Positions 13,313 to 25,290 of a DNA stretch of 50,311 nucleotides are shown here, piece by piece. Source of the stretch: Paraglomus brasilianum (Eukaryota). The translations under genes and the position numbers were made by a program. Every line of letters begins with the position of its first letter. The stretch's first letter is position 1. The stretch lies in contig CAJVPI010000136.1 of NCBI GenBank assembly GCA_910592345.1, forward strand, positions 1 to 50,311. The letters are read 5' to 3'. The notes beneath the pieces are model-generated. The model saw only the letters and a program-made list of their open reading frames with translations. It was not told the origin of the DNA and did no database searches.

Positions 13313-15279
13313 TACAACATGTCTCAAATCAATTAGAATATTTCCTTGTAGTTTAGCCTATTATCTTCACTGTTATTGATTGTCAATTATATTAGGTCTT
13401 CTTAGTTATGTCACGTTCTTCGTTATCGATTTGTGACAGCGTTATTGAAATAACTAATTTTCAACGCGTCAGAAACACGTTACTGTTGCGTATTGAAGAT
13501 TTTTATGGTTGCCATGTTCTCGACAGAGTATTATCGTTTAGAATAAACACACTTCCAGATTAAAAGTCCTCTATTTCGAGAGCCACATTTCAGCAAATAT
13601 ACACGTGGAGTGGCTAAAAAGTAAAAAATCTTTAATTAGAAATTCATGTTACAACATTAACGTAACAAAGTAGTACCATCTCTATCTATAAAGTTGTAGC
13701 TTCCTACGCCAATCCTCAAAGGATCTATGATAGTCCTCATTTGCTATATTGGAAGTAATTGGCACAAGATATTATTTTCAAAACATGTGGTGCAGTTTTA
13801 TCATGATAAAGCATGGAACCTATTTTTTTTGTAAAATTTTCTCAGGCTGAGCTCTCGATGAAGAACGTGACCAATTTATTCCCTCTGAAAAACCAACTTA
13901 TTTAACCAATTTTTGTGTTGTTATATGACGATTATTATTAACAATTGCTCGATCCGTAATTGTTGATTTTTGTGACAATTTTGCGAGGCCTGTTCGGAGC
14001 ATGCTTCATTTTTAATGCCTTTCTGTCCGTTATTGGCGTATGTCAGTGGCTGATGCATGTCAGATTTTTTATCTCAAGTTAATTAAAAGTGACGCTTTCA
14101 GGAAATTGTAAAACTGTGCTCAATACAGTCATATTTATTCGCATTACTTTTCAGCCACTCACGTACTTTACGTAGCGATAGAGAGAGAGTCTCGGACCAA
14201 GTGACAAGTCCCTCCTTGCGAACATATGGTGACCCTTTGTTACAACACAAGATATGTATAGTGTAATAACTATACACTCAGAGTGTGTAATATGAGCACA
14301 GGTTTCACGAATGTCAATCGAGACTGCCTCCGCTCATGGTTGTGAGGCCTTTTTTTATTGATTCGCTTTATGTCCGGGCCACTGCAATGATAGGGTAAGC
14401 ACAATATCATTAATATTGTAAAGTGAAAATTGGCAGCAGCAAAGTAAAGGGTAATGATATTTAGTCGGTTCAACTAGAGTAAGTAACGAAATGCAAACAT
14501 AAGCAAAACATGTTTACTCGCTCACTTGCACAGGTAGCGTGCTGAAGGGCGTTTAGATAAAGGATTTACAAGCACAGACAGCTATATAGCGATCAAGGGC
14601 GGTTGATCCATGTCTTGTTAATCCGCCATCATCACGTTCACGTCGTTGATTGTCATTACTGAACTATGCACTATGACATCACTGACTGTACGTACGTACG
14701 ATACAGTAGCGACATTTCCACGGCTGCCAAAGGCTGTTGGAAATGACATTTGAAACCCCACGGTTTAAACCGCAATACGCTAGCTTAATATGGGGGGATC
14801 TACCAAATGTGAGATACACCGCACGTAAATAAATTGCTACTTACTCCGACAATTTAAAAATGTCGACAGACGTGCGTTTATTATTTTGACGCAAACCGTT
14901 TCTTTTAGACAAGCGAGACGTAATATAAAATGCGTGACCCATTTTAAACGGCTAATAATAGAGTAATACTAAAGAATGGCAAAGTTTGATAAGAAAATGC
15001 ACATTACAAACAATCTAATTTGCATCTGTTTTTGAGTAATTATACGCTATTTCTAAAAATACTTGTTTAATTACTCTTGGCATTAGGCTCCAAATTTAAA
15101 AAATAATCAAAAAATTCTTAGTAATATTTGATCAAGGTACCGATTTGTGCAACATGATAACTTTTAAAAATAACCATCCAAGCACGCCAGATCGACTGTC
15201 GTTCAGGGGTTCGTGAGTAAGCAGCTAGCTATTAAAGGTTTTCTCCATTCAAATAAAACATGTATTTGTTCAAGGCGCG

Positions 15280-15295
15280 TTGCTATTTATAGACA
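15280..15295. promoter_or_regulatory. MEF2/Rlm1-type box upstream of SOD copy 1
   Basis: TTGCTATTTATAGACA contains CTA(A/T)4TAG and is identical upstream of SOD copy 2. Confidence 0.55.
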
Positions 15296-15535
15296 AACCA
15301 GTAGCAAAAACGTTCGATCCATTGCATTATCGAATGAATCAACCCCCATAATTAACAACCATTGTTCTCGTCGCAGCAAGAGATAGTAATGGAGATCTAT
15401 GCTTTATTTAGAGTATTGTCAGGTTGAAGCAAAAGTTTTCCCAAGCCACATTTTGTATAAGAACGGTCATAACCAAATCAATCGCCAACCTGTCTCTATT
15501 ACTCTTTTCTGTCGGCTTCTTTCATACCACGCACG

Positions 15536-16204
15536 ATGAAATCTTTCCTTGCAGTACTTGTTATTTTCCTATCATTCACGCTTCTGACGCTGAGCTCGCC
15601 TCTGCCGACGCAAAAGGGTCGATATGCTTCGGTTAAATTTGATGGACGAGTCAAAGGAACCATCCAGTTTTATAAAGACGCGGGGAAACAAGCTACAACG
15701 GTTACCGTAAAGATTTACTCTGGGTTGACCAATCTCACCGGTCTGTATCCGTATCATATTCACCAGCTTCCGGTGCCAAAAAGTGGCAACTGTACCCTGG
15801 CTGGAGCCCATTTATCGCCCAACGGATATCCGGACGGTGCGCCGTGCGATCCTGCCACCGCCTATGCTTGTCAGGAGGGTGATTTGAGTGGTAAGTTACG
15901 AATCAATGTGAGGGCGGTAGGTAGTATAACAATAAAAACGTCAATTAAATGAAAATACTATTTTTAGGTAAACACGGAAAACTTCCAGGGTCTAAGAAAG
16001 TAGTGTCTAGACAGTATGAGGATCCTTTCTTGCAATGGGATGATCCTAATGCTACAATACTTGGACGATCGATTGTCATTCACTATCCCAACGGCAAGTA
16101 TTAGATAAATTGCAACTTTAAATTTGTTATCATTGCTTGTCAATTATTCTTATCATATTATTTCCTATATAGGTACCCGATATGCCTGCGCTAATGTATT
16201 ATAA
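15536..16204 (+). CDS. Secreted Cu-only (Sod5-like) superoxide dismutase, copy 1; exons 15536-15890, 15968-16093, 16173-16204
   Basis: Signal peptide, then YHIH, NC..AGAHLSP, CQEGDLSGKHG, GRSIVIH, GTRYACANV. Four Cu-ligand His present; two Zn-ligand His and the electrostatic loop absent. Intron 2 is GC-AG. Confidence 0.9.
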
Positions 16205-17479
16205 GTACCAATAGATCGATTGTGTGGCTTTGTGAGAAATCTCTATCTCAATTGTTCTTCTTATTATAATATATAATACAATAATAAATATTTATATTTA
16301 ACCGAATTAAAGTTGTAAACGTTACTGTTGCCCCCATCATAATCAAACCTAAATGTTTATCCGTTCCGATGAGCAATCTCTAATTATATGAGTCTTGATA
16401 CTAGATTGATAAAAATAGGGGCTTTTTAGATTTGCCAACGCAGCCAGCGTTCAAACTACTGATATCTGTGTGCAATGGAGATATCGATATATATACCATT
16501 GTCTTGAATTAGGAATGCTGTATACGCTGAGTGAAAGAAATTTTTGATTAACATCTCGATGAGGACCACGTGAAACAAAATCTAATTGCTTATTAATCCC
16601 AAATCCATTTACGGAAACTTCTTAAATTAGTGTAACAGATAACGTTACCAAGCCACACGATGAAATATATTTAGAAAAAAGACAAGTCGCCCTTTGTAGA
16701 CAGGCATTACGGCCTGCTTTAATCGTCGTGGTGGGACCCTGAATTTCGGGATATACCGAATATTCTTCATATCAATCAGGCTATGTACAGCGGGTAAACT
16801 ATGAACATTGCGATACGCATGCGCCACCACAATTTCAGATCCCATGGAAGTTGAAAATGTATTGTCGTAATAGGGAGAGTGTCACTCGGACTGACAAGTC
16901 GTTTGTAGTATAATACAAACAAGCGTTTGTTTCGACGTAAAATGCAAAGCTCGTGTTAACTTAACAAAAGTTAAGGTAAATGTCCCGCCAATGAATTGAG
17001 AGGGGAAAAAAGCAACAATAAATGTAGTGTATATAAATAGAATAGTACGCAACTGAGCGAAAACTTAAAAGCTGATTCTAACAATCAGTTTAGTAATATG
17101 GAATTGCTTATTGGTTATGAAAAAAGGTAATTCGTATCAAACCTTAACTATTAAAGCCAAAAGGAATCTACGGTGTGCCTCCTAATGAAGGCTTACAAGC
17201 CGGTTAAAATGCTTCAAGCTATTTATTGTCTAGGAAGTTATTGTTGACTTTATTCTTTATTGATTAATGCAAACGTTTCTTCGCAAACGACTCGGGAGAA
17301 GTTCTGTATCAGGGCCTTTGTAATACAACATCTAACTAACCTTTATTGTTATCGTTATGTAGCAATTTTTCCATCATAATATGGTTGTCACACTGATCGA
17401 GGCTTAGCGAGGCTTGCTTACATTGTGACCGTTTAAATTCTAAGCTTTTGAATTGTAAGGCCGGTATATTCAGACTAGT

Positions 17480-17495
17480 TTGCTATTTATAGACA
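17480..17495. promoter_or_regulatory. MEF2/Rlm1-type box upstream of SOD copy 2
   Basis: TTGCTATTTATAGACA, identical to 15280-15295. Confidence 0.55.
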
Positions 17496-17686
17496 TGTCA
17501 CTAACAAAGTCAACCAAAGTTGGTATGTACTAAGCCTTCAAAGCCATAGTTGGAGGATTGAGATAAAAGCAGGCCGTTCCCTGCCTACGTTTAGGTAGTT
17601 TTGCTTCTTCCTTTTGGATCGGTATAAACAGCAGAACTTCAAGAGCAACCACTCAATTACCACACCCACTGTGAACAATATCAATT

Positions 17687-18407
17687 ATGAACATGCTACT
17701 TTCAATACTTGCTCTTCTCTTGTCCTTCACGCTTCTCACATCGAGCTTGCCAGCGGATTATTCATCATATCCGAGCACCCATATTGCTTATGCCCAATTT
17801 ACAGGAGCCGTTACGGGAACGATCAACTTCCGTGAAGATGGAAGCAAAACATTTACAAATGTTATTGTTCAATTTTACTCTGGGTTGACCAATCTTACCG
17901 GTCTGTATGCGTATCACATTCATCAGTATCCGGTACCGGATAGCGGCGATTGTACCCTTACTGGAGGCCATTTATCGCCCAGCGGATATCCGGATGGTGC
18001 ACCGTGCGATCCTGCCATTGCCTCTGCTTATCAGGAAGGTGATTTGAGTGGTAAGTTGAGATATAGAAAAGACACGTTTTGCATTTTAATGATAGAAAAT
18101 ACCGACAGACTGATGTGTATAATTATATGTGTTCAATTAGGTAAACATGGCAAGCTCCCAGGTTTTTCGTCTGGACAAATATTGTACAGAGAGTATCAAG
18201 ATCCTTATTTGAAATGGGAAAATCCGATTGATACAATTTTTGGACGGTCAGTCGTTATTCATTATCCCAATGGTAAGTTTTGGATAAATTACAATCTGCA
18301 GCATGTTTGTAATTTGATAACTGTTCTTGATATTAACCCAACCCCATTACATTATTATAGGCACCAGATACGCTTGCGCCAACATATATGCAGGCTATGC
18401 ACATTAA
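17687..18407 (+). CDS. Secreted Cu-only (Sod5-like) superoxide dismutase, copy 2; exons 17687-18050, 18141-18272, 18361-18407
   Basis: Tandem paralog with the same intron positions. YHIH, GGHLSP, YQEGDLSGKHG, GRSVVIH, GTRYACANIYAGYAH*. Confidence 0.9.
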
Positions 18408-18562
18408 TTTAGAGACACATATGAAATGGACTTTTTTAACAAATTTAATAGAATAATGTTGAATGGTATCTTGTGAACAAAGACTTTGTACTAGTATTCA
18501 TTTGTAATAAACAAGAATTTATGCAGGTTTATCACATGTCGCATTTTGAATGTTTGGGCGTA

Positions 18563-18671
18563 GATGAAATGCCATAATAATAACCATAACCATAACAACT
18601 GCATTAATTCTTGCAGGATCTGGTCGATGAAATGCCATAATAATAACCATAACCATACAACTGCATTAATT
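18563..18671. repeat. Short direct duplication (~46 bp x2)
   Basis: GATGAAATGCCATAATAATAACCATAACCATA(A)CAACTGCATTAATT occurs twice, about 63 bp apart. Confidence 0.9.
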
Positions 18672-19283
18672 ATCCTGTTTTAGGTAAACAAGCTACGGCC
18701 GAGTTGTGAGACATTGTTGATTAAGATCGACAGTGTATACAGTAAAAGCCGTCCTCATTAAGTATTAACAGGGGTTGCAAAAAAAAGAAAAAAGGAAAGA
18801 AAGAAAGGACAAACCAACTTGCTCGTTTCTGCAGCACAGTCAGCATTTTATTGTGATCGCCATTATTTTCTAGCACTTGTTCACACGGCCTCTTTATTGA
18901 TTCTACCAAACTAATTAAAGAGTTTCTGAAATAGAACTCCCAATTGATCTAACAATAAATAGCCCAAGATTTAATAAAATTTAAAATTAGCAAATTAGTC
19001 TATAATTTCAGGTGCATATTTTTCAAGAAATGCTTGGCAGCTTGACTGCATGCTTGAAGTCATTCTGAAAAGGTTACGCAACTGCAAAATGTAAACAAAA
19101 CGAAAGGTATTGGCTTTGACACACAATTACAGTGCGCGAGAAAAGTTTTCGGAATAACATTTTTACTAATTGTGCGACGAATCAGACAAACATGCTATGT
19201 TCTTCATAGTACAGCACATTGTCTTACTTATTGCTACTCATTACAGCTTATCTTAAACCATTCCCACCCATTATTTTATTCAA

Positions 19284-19745
19284 TGCTGACGGTGTGCCTG
19301 CCGACTATCACGGGAGAGCAGGTAATAATCGACACTTGGTATTTAGTTAGCTTCGGCAAAGCGTGGCGTCTCCTCCTCTAGGGTTACAGTTAGTGACCTT
19401 GTTAAATCACTTACGAAAACCTTCCCATCGTAGAGTGACACTAATCATGGATATATTAATTGTAGTCGAGTAACTCTGTCGGCTCCTAAGATGGGATTAA
19501 TGTATTTCAGAGTATAAAAAACTGCTCGTTTATTTACAATAAAGGAATCGAAGGTTATTAGAACATTCTAAACATGCACTCCCCTCTATCTAACTGAAAT
19601 CTACGCTACTTATATCTCTCCACTTCTCGCTCCGTCATTTGGCACTTTCCGCGCGGAATTAAATTTTTGAATGGTAGCAATCTAGCCGACGGTACGGTTT
19701 TGAGCGGACTAATTGATCTATTTTTAGCTGCTATTACTACTCATC
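19284..19745 (+). mobile_element. Diverged solo-LTR-like element (copy C)
   Basis: Shares ordered motifs GGGAGAGC, CTTGGTATTTAG, GTTAGTGACCTT, GATGGGATTA, CTATTTTTAGCT with the elements at 24393, 25290 and 22878. Ends uncertain. Confidence 0.55.
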
Positions 19746-20180
19746 TAAGCCATTGTTACAGCAATAATTGCTGTATCGCTGCCAAATTACTTTTCTATTA
19801 TTATTATTATTGCGTCGATGCTACGTGTCGCTGCTGTGACGCCATGCGCTGGTGTTACTGCACCGTCGGAGTAATGCAGAAATTCAGGAGAGAATAGTCA
19901 CCGTTTACACAACGGCATGCTTTGAATTAAATTAACATAGATGCCTTTTCCAATCTCTTCCTAAAAACTTTGATTTTTAAGCTTCTTAATATCGTATATT
20001 TAATATTTAGAAGGCAAAATAGAAGTTGATTATGTAAAGTGTAGGCATCTTGAGTACCATTTTGGCCACAGAGTGGTTATCGACGTCAATCAGAACCTTG
20101 TTGTATTTTTAATAACAAAATGAAAAGTGTAAACAAATAAACAAATGACGCAAGTTACAAAGTTATTGACCAAAATAACT

Positions 20181-20785
20181 TGCTACGGTTGGGAATTAAA
20201 TGAGGTCTTTGGGAGAGCGATTTATCTTTTGCGTAGGTGTGTTCGCCGACCGGGGGATGTTACCAGGCTTAGCTCGTACTATCGCCCTTACTACAATTAG
20301 GACTGAATTAAGCCTTCAAGTGACCTTATTATTTATGCGCGCTTTTCACTCCCTATCCGAGTTTCAAACACTCGTAAATACAAATAAGAGTACCATTAAT
20401 AAAATAATAACAACAATTATTCGATTTGTTTGTCGACTAGTCGGTATCTGTCACTTGTCTTTACTAAACTAATTAAACAATAATCGTCTCGATAATTAAT
20501 TATGAACTCTCGTTCCGTTATTCACGTAATTGATCAGCGGACAGCTTACTAGCTTGATCTATCAATGCTATTCCGTTACAGCTTAAGTGAGCCGTTTATT
20601 AGAGTGTCCGGTCTAATAATCAATTATTTTGACGATAGAATTTAAATTATGTATATAATTAATAAAGGAATATTACTCAGATCAATAGTATTATTGTTTT
20701 TATTTGAATAACAACTTTACGTTCGATGTTCACACAACATGAAGATTTGACGATGGAGGAAGCGCTACTTATCTTTTGCGTCGCA
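20181..20785 (+). mobile_element. Solo-LTR-like repeat (copy E); inverted paralog at 43087-43740
   Basis: ~600 bp align in blocks with the reverse complement of 43087-43740. Starts TGCTACGG, ends CGTCGCA (two-copy consensus TGTTACG...CGTCACA). No TSD seen. Confidence 0.75.
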
Positions 20786-21172
20786 AGAAAAACGACATGC
20801 TTTTATAAATTATTATACTATGAAGAACAATTGATTTAGCGTTTGTGCTGTCACTTACAGTATTTCGCGACATGTTGCTGTGCGTTGTCACAAAATTTCC
20901 GACAGCTATACTAAATCAAATGTCATCTCACTTCCATATGGCCACATTTATTATCAACGGTTTTCATTGTTTAATTATCGCACTTGAAATATTCATATTT
21001 TGATTAGCCAATCGTATCAAAGTTTGTCTTAAATTGGAAGTCTGATATGCTCGTATTACCCAAATAAATATCTGACTGATCTACTAAGTTGCAACCAAAA
21101 AACCGCTCATACTAAAAGAATGAAGGCCGTTTCGTCTCCTCATAACACACGCCTCACCATCTACCTGATGTC

Positions 21173-21989
21173 ATGACAAACCATAAAGAAGATTGGCTTC
21201 TCTGGCAACTCTCAGACTCTGCCTTACCCACTGGGGGTTTTGTCGCCTCTTCAGGTCTTGAATCTGCCATTCACTCTGGCAACGTCCACGACATAACCTC
21301 ACTTTCGAATTTTCTCTCTAGTAGTATTAAAAATTACGCTTACTCTGCTCTACCATTCGTGTCTGACGCGTACATTGCTGCTGAAAGTATTTCTGACGAA
21401 CATGAGTGTTATGAGCATTTGGAGAGATTAGATAAGCTATATGATGCATGTACGAGCAATAATGTCACCAAGAGAGCATCGAAAGCACAGGGAGTGGCGA
21501 TGCTAACATTGTATAGCAAGTCTTTCGCAGAAGAAGATGATCAGGGGAACAACGTCGTGAGCAAGTTCAAGAAAGAAGTGAGGAAAAGAAGTGTAGATGG
21601 TCACTTTCCCGTTTGTTTTGGTCTTGTGGCTAGATTGGTTGGATTGACTTTGGGTGAGTATGGAACGTAATAGCACGATTGCAAAAGTATGAATTTGTTA
21701 TATGAATAACTAACGCTATGATTATCATATATTGTTTATTGATAAAGAGCGTACACAACATCTTTTTCTTTTTCTCTTTGCACGTGCAATCCTCTCTGCT
21801 GCCGTTCGGTTAAATATTGTGGGACCCTATTATTCACAGAGGCTTTTGACAGATTGTCAATTGTACGTTGAAACGACCTTGAAAGAAACTAATACGCTTA
21901 GATCTGAGGATGCAGCGCAGACGTCGCCACTCCTTGATATATTCCAAGGAAGACACGACAACCTATATTCAAGACTATTTAACAGTTAG
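21173..21989 (+). CDS. ureF: Urease accessory protein UreF (two exons, intron about 21654-21748)
   Basis: WLLWQLSDSALPTGGFVASSGLESA, RASKAQG.A, GHFPVCFG, LSAAVRLNIVGP and QGRHDNLYSRLFNS C-terminus. GT-AG intron. Confidence 0.95.
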
Positions 21990-22877
21990 CGAGTGTCGTT
22001 GTGTAAGCTGTCATTTGTGTGCGCTTTTCGCCAGGTGGACATTTTAATATATATATCGATGTCGTCATGATAGATTGGAAGCGTTTCCTAATCAAAGGCT
22101 TCAAATGCCTCTCGTCATAACTATCTTAACTTCATCGTCATCTCTCATGCCAAATTTGATTGTCTAGTATTTCGATACAAAAAAGGCTTTATTAATGTAT
22201 TTATTTTAGAATAAATTAATATCACAAGCTCATAATAATTAAGTTGAAGATAATTTCTCTGGCGGGTATTATAAACGGGTGACCTCATGTCAAACTATCC
22301 ATATATTGCATCAGTCAGGGTAATAACCGTCTACAACTGTGACTTGCACAGTTTTTGTTCAATTGACTGGGGCTGATTTGAAGAAATCCAGTTCAACGGA
22401 ACGAATCGAGTTTTGGGTCAAGATGCGATAGTTTATAAAATCATATTAAGATTAAGGTCCCCGAGGTTTTTATAAATATAAGTTTATAAAAGTTTAATTG
22501 AAAACCACGTGCTATTTATTTGACCAACCAGAATGGATTATTATATTAAAAAAGACATACAGTATGCTATTACTGCATTTTGTTATATTATTATATGTGT
22601 TACTTTGATGCTCATACTCATTATACATGTGGCTGGCGATGATAGATAATACATTGATAGTGAAATTTTTTTTTTGCCGTTTCGCTTCCTAGATTCTAAC
22701 TATTATCCAATGCCACGAAGGTTAGCAATTAAGCGAATCTGATTGGCCATATAAGTTTATGCGTCAGACGGGGACTTAAAATTTTATAAGGTTGTACAGT
22801 ATAATTATATCAAGTCATCCGACTCGGGTCCAGAAATAAATATAATTTTATTCAGTATAATTATATTCAGGTTCTAC

Positions 22878-23356
22878 TGTTAATAGCAAGCGCAGCTAAA
22901 AATAGATTTATTAGTAAGATTGAAAGATATAAAAGCAGCGCAAGTTTCAGCTAGAGTCGATGTGTTCGCATAGCATCACTTTGTTATTATCTTGTTAATA
23001 AAACGAGTATTGCAATTACTCTGAACATACACTATACTATTTATCTTAGTTTCCCTGAATTGATCGATGTAGCGTAGAAATTCGCTAATCCCTATATCGA
23101 TGAAGGATAATCGCTATCTATCCGAGTGGCAGTTACGATAATTAATTGTCTGTGAAACGCGTTTATTATTTGGGACCAACATTTACTCGAGGACAATTAA
23201 ATTGTCTAAGACAAGTGTCACTTCACGACGCTGAAGATCGTAAGCGAAAAGCCTTGAAGTTCGAAGGTCACTAACCGTAAAAGCAGCTTATCTATTGGTA
23301 AGAGAAGCCACAGTCCGTTCGATCTCTCTCCCGCAGTTGTTGGCACGTCAGTACCA
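22878..23356 (-). mobile_element. Diverged solo-LTR-like element (copy D)
   Basis: Minus strand reads TGGTACTGACGTGCC..CGGGAGAG..GTTAGTGACCTT..GGGATTAG..ATCTATTTTTAGCTG, collinear with the 19284 copy. Confidence 0.55.
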
Positions 23357-23624
23357 TTTGTTGATGGAAATTGTTGGGTTGAATTTCTTCAAGCAAGTAA
23401 ACCTTTATTTTTACAATAGTTATTGCGTGTTATAACGTAAATGAATTGGTGTTGCTTTTATAGTAACTGCTCGTTCATTCGTCACGTTAAGCAAATTTTT
23501 GCGCACCAATTATTATTGGTAAAATTATGAAAATATCTAATATCATACGTCATTGATTCAGCCGCCAGTATTAGATTAGTATATTAGATCACGTCGCGTA
23601 AACACGTCCTCCCACACAAACAAA

Positions 23625-25290
23625 ATGGAAAAATGGGAAAAAGCACTGAGAGATGCAAAGAAGCAACTAAATAATGCAGAAGCAGGCCTAATGGAGTTTA
23701 TGAAGGGGAAACGTGGACGGCATGGTTTTCTTTCTTTTTGACGTTAATGTTGAAAAGATTTATTCAGGCGGTGCAATTCGCACGTCTTATTTACCCTCTG
23801 CAGTTTGAATGGACGGAGACTTACAAATTTGGAAGATAAACTGTACGTTGAAGGCAAAGGGCTCACTGTAATAGAGAACCAGGAATTGATGGATCTGGAT
23901 GTGGTGAAGGAGAGTATGGAAGAAAAAAAAGCAAAATGTATCAAGAAGGTGCTATGGTTGAGTAAGCAGCTGCGAAAGGAGCTTGCCAAGATGAATACAT
24001 CTCAGACAGGTATGACTTTGTGACTCAGATGTTTGGGGACATTAACATAGAGTAGATATAGAGCATAACAATCTGTTGACTTATTTTCCTATTCATATTA
24101 TCTTCATTATTGTTGATTGTTTGTGATAGTGTACATTACTATACCTACTACCCCTTATACCTTATCCCTTTGTCTGTCTCTAATATGTTTCGTGTCCACT
24201 CTTTTGCATCATGCTTTGATTTGTTTATTCACATATTTCCATATTTCCGTTGTCTCAGCTTCAAAGAAGCAAAAGATTGAAGAATCGGAATATTTGGACA
24301 GCAGGAGACAGAACATTGTCGAATTCAAGAAAGACGCCCCCCTCACACTTAGCTCAACCATCTGAATTCTGCAGGTTACAGATGCAGGGCCCTGTCAGGA
24401 TCGAGGTCTAACATGACGTATTCCTCCGTGATTTCAGCTTAATATTAATTGTACGAACATCGATTGATCTGCGACACATCAATTCCAAGTAACACAGTTG
24501 TCAAGAAAATTTCGCAGTACAGATTGGCGCAGAAATAATGAACACTTATTCGCCGGATACGGACTGACAGTCCATCCAAATATATCCAAAATTCTTGACA
24601 ACCACAAATCTCCTCACTAAGCCGATATTCTTGACAAACACGAATTACTCCATCGAGCCAAAAATCTTGACAGCAGTGAAACAGTAATTAGTTATAAATA
24701 AGAGTCGTAGTCTGTAGCTAAAAATAATCTGCTGTTCAGTTCAGATCATATCTTCAGCAAGACGTTGCTATTAGGATAGTTCTTTATTCTAATAAAAATC
24801 CTATTTAATTACAAATATTGTTATTTCTGATAAGAGGTATTTGGCGTCGTTGGCGAAGTGTAAATTGCTTTCCCCATCATCGGCGAATAGATAGTACTTT
24901 TGCATTCAAGACTATTGTTTAATTATTACTAGTAGTTTTAGATAAGATAAATTCCCTGAACCGATAGGCTTTGAGACTAATCCCATCAAAGACATCGAGG
25001 TTACACAATACTCTAGGACACAAGACCGATAATATACAGATCGTGAGTATAAATCCTAGTTTAAAGGTCACTAATTGTATCGATATTTAGTTTGACGTAG
25101 GAAGAGCAAAGGCTTCCGTTGGAAAAGAACTAAATCCCAAAATGGCCAGTACACCGCTGCTCTCCCAGGTGTAACAGCCCTAACTCCCCACAAATGCTAT
25201 GCCATCGTCATCCAGGAGCTAAGTCTATACCAGTTACACTCATGCATCCAGTTTTTGGAAGATTTGTGGATAACTGCAATGTCGAGCTAG
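23625..25290 (+). pseudogene. Crinkler-like effector pseudogene A: coiled-coil header exon, intron 24010-24258, second exon interrupted by LTR insertions
   Basis: MEKWEKALRDAKKQL... header. After removing the 24393-25176 insertion, exon 2 reads ASKKQK...DAP[frameshift]LAQPSEFCRLQMQGPNSPQMLCHRHPGAKSIPVTLMHPVFGRFVDNC. I recall this motif from fungal REase/kinase-like CRN-related families. Confidence 0.65.
24393..25176. mobile_element. Solo LTR (784 bp) with 4-bp TSD (copy A)
   Basis: Ends TGTCAGG...GTGTAACA. GCCC is duplicated at 24389-24392 and 25177-25180. Excision restores the host reading frame. Confidence 0.88.

Noticed and set aside
20200..20472. ORFs 20200-20472 and 43540-43773 with similar translations
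   Set aside because: The similarity simply reflects the non-coding repeat pair. Starts and stops are not conserved.
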